From contig CAVVPN010000011.1 of NCBI GenBank assembly GCA_963750165.1, positions 1,760,001 through 1,824,000 on the forward strand: a stretch of DNA of 64,000 bases, in the 5' to 3' direction. Positions within the stretch are counted from its first letter, which is position 1, and every line of letters starts with the position of its first letter. Under the pieces are notes generated by a model that was given only the letters and a program-made list of their open reading frames with translations, was not told where the DNA came from and searched no databases. Source of the stretch: an uncultured Gemmataceae bacterium. GTDB taxonomy: Bacteria; Planctomycetota; Planctomycetia; Gemmatales; Gemmataceae. A program made the translations under genes and the position numbers. Of this stretch, positions 12,701-26,315 are shown piece by piece.

Positions 12701-13491
12701 TCAATGCCCCCCCCAGGTCTGCGTGCCGATCAGGTACAGCAACGGCAGCAGGAAAATCCACACCACGTCCACGAAGTGCCAGTACAACCCGCCCACCTCC
12801 ACCGGCGCGTAATAGCCCTCCGTGAAGTGATCACGGTGCGCCAGTAGCGTCAGCACAGCCATGATGCCGATCCCAATAATCAGGTGGACCGCGTGCAGCC
12901 CCGTCATGATGTAGTAGAACATCAGGAACAGCTGCACCCGCTGCGGGTCCAGCGGCACCGGACGGCCGTTGTGGTCCTTGTGATCCTTCCAGTCGTTGTT
13001 GTTGAACGCCAGGTTGGGGACGAGGTTGTTCTTGTAGTCCTCGGCGTATTCGAACACCTTGATGACCAGGAACGCCGCGCCCAGCAGCGCCGTCGCCACC
13101 AACAACCACGTCAACTCCTTGCGCCGCCGCGCCGACGCCGCATGCACCGCCAGCGCCATCGTCAAGCTGCTGGTCAGCAACACCACCGTGTTGATCGCGG
13201 CGAACCGGATGTCGAGTTTCTGGCTGGCCGCCTCGAACTCATGCGGGTAAATCGTGCGGTACACCGTGTAGCCGGTGAACAGCGCCCCGAAGACCATCAA
13301 CTCCGTTGCCAGGAACAACCACATGCCCAGCGTATGGGCCTCATGCTGCTGGCCCAGGTCGTGGAAGTGGTGCGCCAGCGCCGGGTGATGCGGCGCCTCC
13401 TCCTGCGCGGGAACCTGGGCGGCGGCGGCCTCGGCGAGCGCGCGGCCGCGCCGGGCAGGTTCGGGTCGGTGGCGGGGTTAGCCGACGACAT
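12701..13491 (-). CDS. coxC: Cytochrome c oxidase subunit III (frameshift near 13420)
   Basis: [40 protein letters not shown]. Confidence 0.9.
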
Positions 13492-15136
13492 GCGGCACCT
13501 CCTCGTGGTAATGGTAGGGCCCGTGCGTTACCACCGGCGTGACCGCGAAGTTGTCCGGCGGCGGCGGCGACGCCGTTTGCCACTCCAGGCCGGTGGCGCC
13601 CCAGGGGTTCGGCCCCGCCTTCTTGCCCCAGCCCAGCGACCACAACAAATACATCAGCGGCAGCACGTAGCCAGCCCCCAGGATCGACGCGCCCGCCGTG
13701 GACATGACATTCAGCACCTGATACTCCGGCGCGTAGCGCCAGTAGCGCCGCGGCATGCCCTGGTAGCCGACCACGAACTGCGGCAGAAACGTCAGGACGA
13801 AGCCAACGAAAATGATCAGCGCCCCCAGCTTGGCCGGCCCCTCCGGGTACATCCGCCCCGTCATCTTCGGCCACCAGTAATGCAGACCGGCCATGTAGGC
13901 CATCACCATGCCGCCCACCATGATGAAATGGAAGTGCGCCACCACGAAATACGTGTCATGCACATGCACGTCCGTGCCCAGGCAGGCCAGGAACAACCCC
14001 GTCAGCCCGCCGATCGTGAACAGGCCGATGAAGCCGAAGGCGTACAGCATCGGCGTCGCGAAGGAGATCGAACCGCGATACATCGTCGCCGTCCAGTTGA
14101 AGACCTTGACCGCCGACGGCACGGCCACGAAGAAGCTCAGCAGCGAGAAGATCATGGCGGCGTAGGCGGAGATGCCCGCCACGAACATGTGATGGCCCCA
14201 CACCAGGAACCCCAGCACCGCAATGGCGATGCTGGCGCCGGCCACGAACTTGTAGCCGAAAACGCTCTTGCGCGAGAAGCAGGCCACGACCTCGCTCATG
14301 ACGGCCATGCCCGGCAGGATCATGATGTACACCGCCGGGTGCGAGTAGAACCAGAACAAATGCTGGAACAGCAGCGGGTCGCCGCCCAGCGCCGGGTCGA
14401 AGACGCCGACGTTAAAGATCCTCTCCACCGCCACCAGCAAGATGGTCATGGCGACCACCGGCGTGCCCAGCAGGATGATGATGCTGGTGGCGTACATCGA
14501 CCAGATGAACAGCGGCAGCCGGAACCACGTCAGCCCCGGGGCACGCATGCGGTGGACCGTCACGATGAAGTTCAGCCCCGTCAGGATCGACGAGAAGCCC
14601 GCGACGAACGCGCCCAGCGCCGCCGGGATGACGTGCGAGCGGGCGTACTGCGAACTGTACGGCGTGTAGAAGGTCCAGCCGGTGTCCACGCCGCCGCTCA
14701 GCGTGACCCAGAGCGTGAACACGCTGCCGATCACGTAGACGTACCAGCTGAGCAGGTTGAGCCGCGGGAAAGCCAGGTCCTTGGCCCCGACCATCATCGG
14801 CAGCACGAAATTCCCCAGCGTCGCCGGCACGCCGGGGATCAGGAAGAAGAACACCATGATGATGCCGTGCAGCGTGAAGAACTTGTTGTAGGTGTCCGGC
14901 GTCAACAGGTCGTTGCTGGGCGTGAGCAGCTGCAGGCGCACCATCGTGATGAAGGCGCCGCCGAGGAAGAACATCACTGTGATGGAGATCAAATAGAGGA
15001 TGGCGATGCGCTTGTGGTCGGTGGTCAGCAGCCACGAGCGCACGCCGTAACTGACGTTGAGGTAGTCGATGCGCGTTGGCTCGGCGGCGGGCGGCGGCTG
15101 CGGCACAACGGGGGCGGGAAGGGTTTCCGTGCTCAT
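13478..15136 (-). CDS. coxA: Cytochrome c oxidase subunit I, A2 type
   Basis: [24 protein letters not shown] (A2 signature), [22 protein letters not shown]. Confidence 0.96.
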   Translation of the reverse strand: MSTETLPAPVVPQPPPAAEPTRIDYLNVSYGVRSWLLTTDHKRIAILYLISITVMFFLGGAFITMVRLQLLTPSNDLLTPDTYNKFFTLHGIIMVFFFLIPGVPATLGNFVLPMMVGAKDLAFPRLNLLSWYVYVIGSVFTLWVTLSGGVDTGWTFYTPYSSQYARSHVIPAALGAFVAGFSSILTGLNFIVTVHRMRAPGLTWFRLPLFIWSMYATSIIILLGTPVVAMTILLVAVERIFNVGVFDPALGGDPLLFQHLFWFYSHPAVYIMILPGMAVMSEVVACFSRKSVFGYKFVAGASIAIAVLGFLVWGHHMFVAGISAYAAMIFSLLSFFVAVPSAVKVFNWTATMYRGSISFATPMLYAFGFIGLFTIGGLTGLFLACLGTDVHVHDTYFVVAHFHFIMVGGMVMAYMAGLHYWWPKMTGRMYPEGPAKLGALIIFVGFVLTFLPQFVVGYQGMPRRYWRYAPEYQVLNVMSTAGASILGAGYVLPLMYLLWSLGWGKKAGPNPWGATGLEWQTASPPPPDNFAVTPVVTHGPYHYHEEVPHVVG

Positions 15137-15137
15137 G

Positions 15138-16146
15138 CTATTTGTCCTGCGCCTTCTTCTGGTTGCGGTCTACCGCGGGCGGCTCAGCGTGCTCGACGCG
15201 CCGCGGCGTCTGCCCCCGCTCCAGGGACTTGATGAACGCGATCAACTGGAGGATCTCCTCCTCGTCCACGATGCCCTCGAACGAGGGCATGATATTCTGA
15301 TAACCCGCCACAATGTCCTTGCCGGGGTACAGGATCGACCGCCGTAAATAGCCCTCGTCGGCGAGGACGCGGCGGCCGCCCTGCAGGTCCACCTCCCTGC
15401 CGTACAGCTGCTCCAGCACGGGCGCCCGCGCCGGCGTCGGCGCTGTGGCAGGTGATGCACTGCAGCTTCGAGAAGAGTTTGCGGCCCTCCGTGGCGGGCG
15501 AACCGTCCACGCCGCGCGCCAGCCACGCCTGATAGGCATCCTGCTCCATGACGATGATGCGGCCGATCATCTGCGAATGATAGGTGCCACAGTACTGCGA
15601 GCAAAACAGGTGATAGGTGCCCGTCTTGTTGGCCTCGAACCAGACGGTGGTGTAGCGGCCCGGCAGCACGTCCTGGTGGACGCGGAACTCCGGCACGAAA
15701 AAGCTGTGAATCACGTCCTGCGAGATCATCGTCAGGTGGACCGGCCGGCCGACGGGGACGTGCAGGTCGTTGATCTCGCGCTGGCCGCCGGGGTGCTGGA
15801 ACTTCCACATCCACTGCTTGCCGACACAGTAAATCTCCAGGCGGTCTTCCGGCGCCTTCGCCCAGCTGAAGTAGAGCCGCGCCCCCCAGACGAAGATGAC
15901 CAGGCCGAGCACCAGCGGCACGGCACTCCAGAAGATTTCCAGGCGCAGCGAGCCCTCAATGCGCGGCGGTCGCTCGGCGTCGGAGCGGCGGCGGTACTTG
16001 ATGGCGAACGTAAGCACCAGCACCGCGACGAGGGTGGTGAAGAACACGGTGATGCCCAGGATGAAGAAGAACAGGGCATCGACCTGCTGCGCCTGCGCCG
16101 TCGCCGCCTCCGGGAACAGGTGGATTTGCTGGACCTGTGCGAACAT
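15138..16146 (-). CDS. coxB: Cytochrome c oxidase subunit II with C-terminal cytochrome c (caa3 type; frameshift near 15430)
   Basis: [18 protein letters not shown]uA site, CITCH heme motif, tail ..YQNIMPSF in the shifted frame. Confidence 0.93.
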
Positions 16147-16185
16147 CGGTTGGATTACCCCTGTTACGCGAAACGATAAATCGGG

Positions 16186-17004
16186 TCAGAGGGCGCCCGG
16201 TCCCCCCGCCGCCTTGCGGCGCTCGCGCCGCCAGTGCCACCACAGCAGCCCCGCGATCACCACCACCGTCAGCGCCCCGGCCAGCCGTACCAGGCGCATG
16301 ATTTGCAGCGTGTACTGGCCCGTCTCCGGGTCGTAGTCGAAGCACAGCAGCCGCAGCGGTTGCGTCACCGGCGAGCCAATCCGCTGCGCCGCCGCGTCCT
16401 CCAGCCCGAACTGCAGGTCGCGGGCCGGGTAGTCCAGCCCGTAAAAGTAGCGGGCCAGCTTGCCGCGCGGCGTCACCACCATGATGCCGCTGGCGTGGGC
16501 GTACTGCCCTTTTTTTTCATCCCAGAAGTAGCGAAAGCCGACCGCGTCCGCCAACCGTGTGATGGCCGGCTGCTCGCCGGTCAGGAAGTGCCAGCCCGCC
16601 TTGGCCTCGGGCCGGCCGTAGGCATCGACATAGGCCGCCTTCTTGGCGCGGGCCAGTTGCCAGCCCTCCTTGGGGTCGATGCTCACGACAACCACCGTGA
16701 ACTCCTTGCCCGGCGTGAACTCCAGGCGGCGCAGGCTCTCGACCAGCTTGTTGAGCACCAGCGAACACAACCGCGGACAGCGGTAGTAGGCCAGTACCAG
16801 GATCACGGGCCTGTCCCGGAAGTAGTCGCCGAGCGTCACGGCCTGGCCCTCGTCGTCGCGGAAGGGCAGGTCGAGCGGCACCTGTTCGTTGAGCCGCTGC
16901 TCGATGGCGACCCCAGCCACCTGGGCGCGCTGGTTGTCGGCGGCAGCGCGGCCCGGCAGCGCCGTCAACACGAGCAGACCGAACAGAAGCGTTCGCCGCG
17001 TCAC
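16186..17004 (-). CDS. SCO1/SenC family copper chaperone
   Basis: YYRCPRLC (CxxxC), WHFLTG, YAHASG; located between the act and cox genes. Confidence 0.9.
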   Translation of the reverse strand: MTRRTLLFGLLVLTALPGRAAADNQRAQVAGVAIEQRLNEQVPLDLPFRDDEGQAVTLGDYFRDRPVILVLAYYRCPRLCSLVLNKLVESLRRLEFTPGKEFTVVVVSIDPKEGWQLARAKKAAYVDAYGRPEAKAGWHFLTGEQPAITRLADAVGFRYFWDEKKGQYAHASGIMVVTPRGKLARYFYGLDYPARDLQFGLEDAAAQRIGSPVTQPLRLLCFDYDPETGQYTLQIMRLVRLAGALTVVVIAGLLWWHWRRERRKAAGGPGAL

Positions 17005-17522
17005 TTGCCACCCCCCTTGGCCGTCACCGCCGGCCGCGGCGCCTCCAGCTTCCTGAGCCGTTCCGACTCCGCCGCCGGTCGCACGCTAATGCCGTGTTTT
17101 GCCGCGAATTTCGGTTCCGCCATCTGCGCAATGGCCTCGTCAATAGGAACGTGGACCGTCCTGTCCTGGCGGTTCACCCAGCCGTATTGTTTCAACCGGG
17201 TGACCTCCTCCTTGCGCAACGCGTCCAGGTCGCGCTCCTCGGACTGCTGCAGCACCGGCCCGGGAATGCGGTTCAGGTCGCGCGGCAGAACCAGTCGCTC
17301 CTTCTTCGCCAGCGGCGGCAGCGGTTTGTCCTGCTGCTTCTGCACGTCCGCGCACCAGTCGAGCATCGCCAGCGCGAGCAGGTGGGCGACGACCCCGAAC
17401 GCGATCAGGCCGACGCCGAACCAGACGATGGCGCGCACGTTCGCGTCGCTGCTTTCATGCTGCGTGTTGGGGTTGACGGCCTGCCCGTTGCGGTGGGCGA
17501 AGCCGTTGGTGTGGTCAGGCAT
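17001..17522 (-). CDS. ACIII/oxidase-associated single-TM hypothetical protein
   Basis: HESSD..TM..YGWVN..VHVPIDEAI. Overlaps both neighbours. Confidence 0.7.
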   Translation of the reverse strand: MPDHTNGFAHRNGQAVNPNTQHESSDANVRAIVWFGVGLIAFGVVAHLLALAMLDWCADVQKQQDKPLPPLAKKERLVLPRDLNRIPGPVLQQSEERDLDALRKEEVTRLKQYGWVNRQDRTVHVPIDEAIAQMAEPKFAAKHGISVRPAAESERLRKLEAPRPAVTAKGGGK

Positions 17523-18715
17523 GGCTCAGCACCTCCTCCGGTTCGGGGTTGTGGACGGGCACCAGCGGCCGCAGGCTCAGCTGCCGGAAGAACTCCGCCA
17601 GCCACAGACCGCCGACGGCCGCGAAGGCCGCCACGTCCAGCCAGTGCAGGGACATCGGCTCGTACAACCGCTCCTCGAGCCGGAACGCCGGCTTGACCAG
17701 CCAGAATTCCTGCACGACGCTCATGGCCGCGATTGCCAGCGCCACCCAGCCCAGCCGGTGCGGATAGCGTTTCACGTCGCGCGACAGCAGCAGCAGGAAC
17801 GGCAGCGCGAAGTAGAACAGGCCCAGTGCCGCCGCCACGAACTGCCAGCCGCCGTCGCTGCGCGCCAGATACCAGGGAATTTCCTCGGTGATGTTGCCGC
17901 TCCAGATGAGCAGGAACTGCGAAAAGGCCATGTACGTCCACAGCATGACGAACGCCAGCAGCAGGTTGCCAAGGTCGTTCCAGATGTCCGGCTCGGCGAT
18001 CTCCGCCAACCGGGGGTCGCGCGGCGCCAGCCAGCCGGCGCAGGCAATGGCCAGCGCCAGCGCCGGCAGCACCTCGCCCGTGCCGATCAGCGCCTCCGAA
18101 GATGGTCGAGTACCAGTGCGGCTCCAGTGACATGATCCAGTCAATGGCCGAGAAGCTGACCGCCAGCCCGAGCAGCACCAGCATCGGGCCGCTACACGTC
18201 AGCACGCGCCGCGCCAGCCGGCGGTCGTTCAGTCGATCCTGCAGCGCCGACCAGTAGTTGAACAGCAACGCCATGCCGATCCAGATGGCGAAGTAGATCA
18301 CCGTCCGGATCAGGAAGAACGGCACGTTGAGGTAGTTCTGCACCTTGAACGTCAGATCCTGGTGGTGCTCCAGTACGTCCGGTTTCGCCCATTCGTAGAC
18401 GTAAGGTAGGCCGAAGGCCAGCGGCACGAACAGCAGCGCCATTAGCGGCAGCACGCGCGTGGCCGCCTCCAGCACGCGCTGGATGACGACGCCCCAGATG
18501 CCGCCGGTCAGGTTGTGCAACAGCCAGATCGCCAGCGCCCCCAGGCTGAGACCCAGCCAGTAGTGGAACGCCGCCAGGTACGACTGGAAGAACTGCGCCG
18601 GGTTCGGAAGAAAGACGCCAATGATGCATAACAGCGCCCCGCCGAGGCCAACCGCTAACGCCCGCTGCGACAGCCAGCGGACCAGCGCTGTGTGCGTGGT
18701 TGCGGCGGTGCTCAT
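17515..18715 (-). CDS. actF: Alternative complex III subunit ActF (frameshift near 18105)
   Basis: Polytopic membrane protein with DWIMSLEPHWYSTIF, DLGNLLLAF, FSQFLLIWSGNITEE. Confidence 0.88.
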
Positions 18716-19418
18716 GGCTGCCCCCCCTTGCCGGCCAGTGCCTTCTTGCCCGCCGCGCCCACGTCGGCGAGCGGCGCCGCCTGGCTGTACTGCAACACAC
18801 GGATGTAGGCGACGATCTCCCAGCGGTCGTGGACGGGCACCTGGGAGGCGTAGTCCGGCATGGCCCCGTAGCCGTTGGTGATGACGTGGAAGTAATAGCC
18901 GACGGGCGCGTTGCGCAGTTTCACGCGAATGCCCTTGATGCGGTAGCCGCGTGAGTCGTCGGTGTGGAAATTCGGCGGCGGCGTGAAGCCGCGCTGGGGG
19001 ATCATGCCCTTGCCGTCGCCGACACGGCTGTGGCAGACCGCGCAGAAGATGTCGAACTGCTGCCGGCCGTGCTCCAGACGTTCGCGGGTCATCGCGAAGG
19101 GGAACTCGTCCGCGAACGGGGATTCGTACCCCGTCCAGGCGATGGCCGCCAGCGGCGACCGGCCGGCCACGTCGCCGATCAGGCCCGTCAGCTGGCCCGC
19201 GTCGGGAGCGCTCGGACGCTTGCCGGTGTACAGGAGCATGTCCGCCTTGAGCTGGCCGCGCGCGACGGTGCCGTCGATCAGCGGCCGCGACGCCCGGTCG
19301 TTCGCGAAGAAACTGCTGGGCGCAACGGCCGGTAGGACGGCTGCAACGCCATCTGCTGCTGACAGCCGGCCGCCAGCAGGCAGGCCAGCAGGAGCCCGGT
19401 TGATTTTACGTTCCCCAT
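18712..19418 (-). CDS. actE: Alternative complex III subunit ActE, monoheme cytochrome c lipoprotein (frameshift near 19320)
   Basis: Lipobox LAAGC, GTVARG, CAVCH, ITNGYGAMP, DRWEIVAYIRVLQ. Confidence 0.88.
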
Positions 19419-19447
19419 GTCATCCCCAATTCCCCGGCGCTGAGACT

Positions 19448-19984
19448 TCAGTGCGGCACCTCGCTCACGTCGCGCGGCCCGAGCGTGCCGAGCAGTCGCC
19501 GCGTCTCCGCCTGGTCGAACAACGGGTCGGTCGCCTCGACGCACAGGAAGAAACGATCCCGGCTGGCCAGGGCGAAGCGCGGCACATTGAACACCGGATG
19601 GTACGGCATCGGCAGCCCGTTCAGCGCGAACAGCCCGAGCACCGCCGACAGCGCCGCGATCAGCACCGTCAGCTCGAACGTGATCGGGATGAACGCCGGC
19701 CAGCTGAAGAATGGCCGGCCGCCGATGTTGAACGGATAGTCCACCCCCGCCGAGTACGCCAGCATGAAAAAGCCGCCGACACAGCCGACAATGCCGCCGA
19801 TCAGCACGACCAGCGGCAGCCGTGTGTGCCGGAAGCCAATCGCCTCCGCCAGCCCCTCGATCGGGAACGGCGAGTAGGCATCGACGTGGCGGTAACCGGC
19901 GGCATTCATGGCGCGGGCGGCGGTCACCAGGGCGTTGGTGTTGTCGAACTCCGCCAGCAGTCCGTAAATCGGCGGCCGTTTCAT
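19448..19984 (-). CDS. actD: Alternative complex III subunit ActD (DUF3341)
   Basis: [32 protein letters not shown]. Confidence 0.92.
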   Translation of the reverse strand: MKRPPIYGLLAEFDNTNALVTAARAMNAAGYRHVDAYSPFPIEGLAEAIGFRHTRLPLVVLIGGIVGCVGGFFMLAYSAGVDYPFNIGGRPFFSWPAFIPITFELTVLIAALSAVLGLFALNGLPMPYHPVFNVPRFALASRDRFFLCVEATDPLFDQAETRRLLGTLGPRDVSEVPH

Positions 19985-21401
19985 TTCGCCTCCTCCTTGA
20001 CGTGCGCCTCCGGCAGCAGCGTCCGCATTTCAAAGATCGAGATCATCGGCAGGAAGCGCAGGAACAGGAAGATCAGACAGACGAACAGGCCGAGCGTGCC
20101 CACGAAGGTCGCCCAGTCCCAGAAGGTCGGGGTGTACATGCCCCACGACGACGGCAAAAAGTCTCGGTGCAGGCTGGTCACCACGATGATGTAGCGCTCC
20201 GCCCACATGCCGACGTTGACCAGCATGGCGATGCCCCAGACCACCTTCACGTTCGAGCGCATGGAGCGGAACCAGAGCAGCTGCGGCGCCAGGCAGTTGC
20301 AGAAGATCAGCGCCCAGAACCACGGCCCGTACGGCCCGAGGACGCGGTTGATCGCCACGTAGCGCTCGTATTCGTTGCCGCTGTACCACGCCATGAAGCC
20401 TTCCATCACGTAGCCGTAGGTGACAATCAGGCCGGTCGCCAGCATGATCTTGGCCATGTTCTTGATGTGCTTCATGGTGATGAAGTCCTGCAGGCCGTAG
20501 ACCGCCCGCACCGGAATGGCCAGCGTCAGCACCATCGCGAAGCCGGCGAACAGCGCCCCCGCGACGAAGTACGGCGGGAAAATGGTCGAGTGCCAGCCCG
20601 GCACCTGCGCCACCGCGAAGTCAAAGCTCACCACCGTGTGCACCGACACGACTAGCGGCGTTGCCAGGCCGGCGAGCAGCAGGTAAGCGACCTCGTAGCG
20701 GTGCCAGTGCCGGGCGGAGCCGCGCCAGCCCATCGCGAAAAAGCCGTAGATCCAGCGGCCGGCCCGCGATTGCGAGCGGTCGCGCAGCGTGGCCATGTCG
20801 GGCACCAGGCCGGTGTACCAGAACAGGATCGACACGGTGAAGTAGGTGCCGACCGCGAACACGTCCCAGACCAGCGGGCTGCGCCACTGCGGCCACAGGT
20901 GCATCGTGTTGGGGTAGGGCAGCAGCCAGTAGAAAAACCACGGCCGGCCCATGTGGATCAGCGGGAAGATGCCGGCGCAGGCGACCGCGAACAGCGTCAT
21001 GGCCTCGGCGAAACGGTTGATCGACGTGCGCCATTTCTGGTGCAGCAGCAGCAAAATGGCCGAGATCAGCGTGCCGGCGTGGCCGATGCCGATCCACCAC
21101 ACGAAGTTGACGATGGCCATGCCCCAGGCGACCGGGACGTTGAGGCCCCAGATGCCGACGCCGTAGGTCAGCAGCACGGCGATGGCCCAGTGCAGCACGA
21201 CCACCAGCAGGAACGAGATGCCGAAGCCGAGCCACCAGCCGCGCGGCGTCTTGCGGCTCATGGTGATGGCGGCGATCTTGTCGGTGATGCCGCCGAAGGT
21301 GTACCCCGGGGCGATCACACGCGAGCCGGGCGCGTGGGCCTCGGGGTGGGCGGCCCCAACTTCCGGGTGCGGAATCGGGGGCGCGGTCTCAGGCTCGGTG
21401 C

Positions 21402-21405
<4 letters not shown>
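19981..21405 (-). CDS. actC: Alternative complex III subunit ActC (NrfD/PsrC family)
   Basis: [58 protein letters not shown]. Confidence 0.94.
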
Positions 21406-24483
<3,078 letters not shown>

Positions 24484-24502
24484 GGATGCGTTTCCTCTTT
24501 TC

Positions 24503-24661
24503 TGCCGCTTGCGGCTTGGCGCTGTTGTGGCCCGGTCTCCCGACCGGGCCACCGCGATGACCGAAGGTCTCCCTCAGTATCCCGGAGGAGACCAATTCCC
24601 GTGGCTTGGTCCGGAGACCAGGCCACAACGCGAGGTTCAGAGCGCCAAGCCGCAAGCGGCA
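24503..24661. repeat. Composite palindromic element between actA and actB
   Basis: Outer inverted repeat TGCCGCTTGCGGCTTGGCGCT / AGCGCCAAGCCGCAAGCGGCA enclosing two GTGGC..GCCAC hairpins. Confidence 0.75.
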
Positions 24662-24670
24662 AAAGCAAGC

Positions 24671-25318
24671 TCAGCGATGGCACGTCGAACAATCCGTCTT
24701 GCCGTGGACCTTGTACTCATCCTTCAGCTGGCGGCCCTTCACGTCCTGGTCCGGCGGCGGCTCCCAGCTCATGTTGTAAATCTCCGCGCGCGGCCGCAGA
24801 AACTTCTCCGGCTCCTTGTGGCACTCCAGGCACCACTCCATGTGCAGGCTGGCCGTCTGCCGCGTCAGGTTCATCTGATCGACGCGCCCGTGACAGGTGG
24901 AGCAGCCGACGCCCTTGTTGACGTGGATGCTGTGGTCGAAGTAGACGAACTCGGCCAGGTTGTGGACGCGGTTCCACGGGATCGACTTGCCGGTGCGGTA
25001 GCTCTCGCGCACCGGCTCCAGCATGGGGCTGTTGACCCAGATTTGCGAGTGACAGTTCATGCAGGTGCGCGTCGGCGGGATGCCGGCGAAGCCCGATTTC
25101 TCCACGGACGTATGGCAGTAGCGGCAATCGATGCCCAGGCCGGCGACGTGGTGCTGGTGGCTGAACGGCACCGGTTGCTCGACGTGCTCATTGACGCGGG
25201 TCACGTAATCGGAGCGCGTGTAGCGCGACCAGGCCCAGCCCACGAAGGCGAGAATGAACACCGCCCCGAACAGGGTCACCTTCGAGATGGTGTTGAGGCT
25301 GCGGTGGAAGACTTGCAT
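24671..25318 (-). CDS. actA: Alternative complex III subunit ActA, pentaheme cytochrome c
   Basis: N-terminal TM, QPVPFSH, five CxxCH motifs (CRYCH, CMNCH, CSTCH, CLECH, CSTCH). Confidence 0.93.
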   Translation of the reverse strand: MQVFHRSLNTISKVTLFGAVFILAFVGWAWSRYTRSDYVTRVNEHVEQPVPFSHQHHVAGLGIDCRYCHTSVEKSGFAGIPPTRTCMNCHSQIWVNSPMLEPVRESYRTGKSIPWNRVHNLAEFVYFDHSIHVNKGVGCSTCHGRVDQMNLTRQTASLHMEWCLECHKEPEKFLRPRAEIYNMSWEPPPDQDVKGRQLKDEYKVHGKTDCSTCHR

Positions 25319-25359
25319 CGTGAATCATTCCCTTGAGCGGTGCGACCGGACCAGCCCGC

Positions 25360-25569
25360 TTAGCCGATTTTTGGTTTATGAATTGGAGCGGTGTCCGGCT
25401 GCGCAACGGTGGTGTCCGCGGCCGCGACCGTTTCGGCGCGGGCCACGCGCACCGTCGGTGGAGCGGTGACGCCGAGGCGCACGGTGCCGCCGCGAACCGA
25501 CGCCAACGTGATGTGAATGTTGTTGTTGATGACGATCGTTTCACCCACCTTGCGAGTCAGCACGAGCAT
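25360..25569 (-). CDS. csrA: Carbon storage regulator CsrA homolog
   Basis: MLVLTRKVGETIVI..VRLGVTAP..V.R.E; Shine-Dalgarno GGAGG. Confidence 0.88.
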   Translation of the reverse strand: MLVLTRKVGETIVINNNIHITLASVRGGTVRLGVTAPPTVRVARAETVAAADTTVAQPDTAPIHKPKIG

Positions 25570-25673
25570 GGCGAGCCCTCCCTGGTTGAGCACGGTTTGG
25601 GCACCGATTCTGTTGCAACCCCTGTGCCGAACCGGGGCGCGCGCTGTGCGGTCGCGGCGCAGCCCGGCGCCCT

Positions 25674-25698
25674 GGCAGACAGGAATGTCTGCCCCACG
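25674..25698. repeat. Solo REP-like unit GGCAGACAGGAATGTCTGCCCCACG
   Basis: Identical to the units at 43719-43743 and 48870-48894. Confidence 0.75.
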
Positions 25699-25943
25699 AA
25701 GCACGCGGCAGGGGATGGCCGGCAACGCCTCCCCTTCATAATCCGTGAACAGGAATCACGCGGAAGTTCTCCGTTCTGAGAATCGGCTACCCGAGGCCGG
25801 GAAAAACAAGCAGCCCCGGCCGTAATCAAAGCAACCCCGGTGCCACGAGGCATACCGTTTGCCTTCGGTATTCGCGGCCCGTGACGAGCCGAAGCGTATA
25901 ATGCTGGCGCAGCCGGGGCGGCCGCCCCGGGAAGGAGTGCTGC

Positions 25944-26315
25944 ATGACCCCCGACCACGCACGATGTTTGCACGCCCTGTTCCTGCCGGCGACGCACCAC
26001 CACGGCCCGGTGTGCTGGTGCCCGGCCGCGGACGTGTACCGCACGCCCGGCGGCTGGCTGGTGAAGGTCGAGCTGGCCGGGGTGCGGCCCGAGGACGTGA
26101 CCCTGACCGTCGCCGGCCACCGCCTGGTGCTGCGCGGCCGCCGTCGCGACTGGACGCTGGAGGAGGGCCACACCCATTACCGATTGGAGATCGCCTACAG
26201 TCAATTCGAGCGCAGCCTGGAGCTGCCCTGCGACCTGGACCGGGCGGAAATTGGCCTTGCCTCGCAGCACGGCCTGCTGATGATTACGATCCGGGAAAAG
26301 GAGACCGCACTGTGA
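25944..26315 (+). CDS. Hsp20/alpha-crystallin small heat shock protein
   Basis: PAADVY, ELAGV, EIAYSQFERSLELP, GLLMITI. TATAAT at 25897 and AAGGAG Shine-Dalgarno upstream. Confidence 0.88.
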   Translation: MTPDHARCLHALFLPATHHHGPVCWCPAADVYRTPGGWLVKVELAGVRPEDVTLTVAGHRLVLRGRRRDWTLEEGHTHYRLEIAYSQFERSLELPCDLDRAEIGLASQHGLLMITIREKETAL

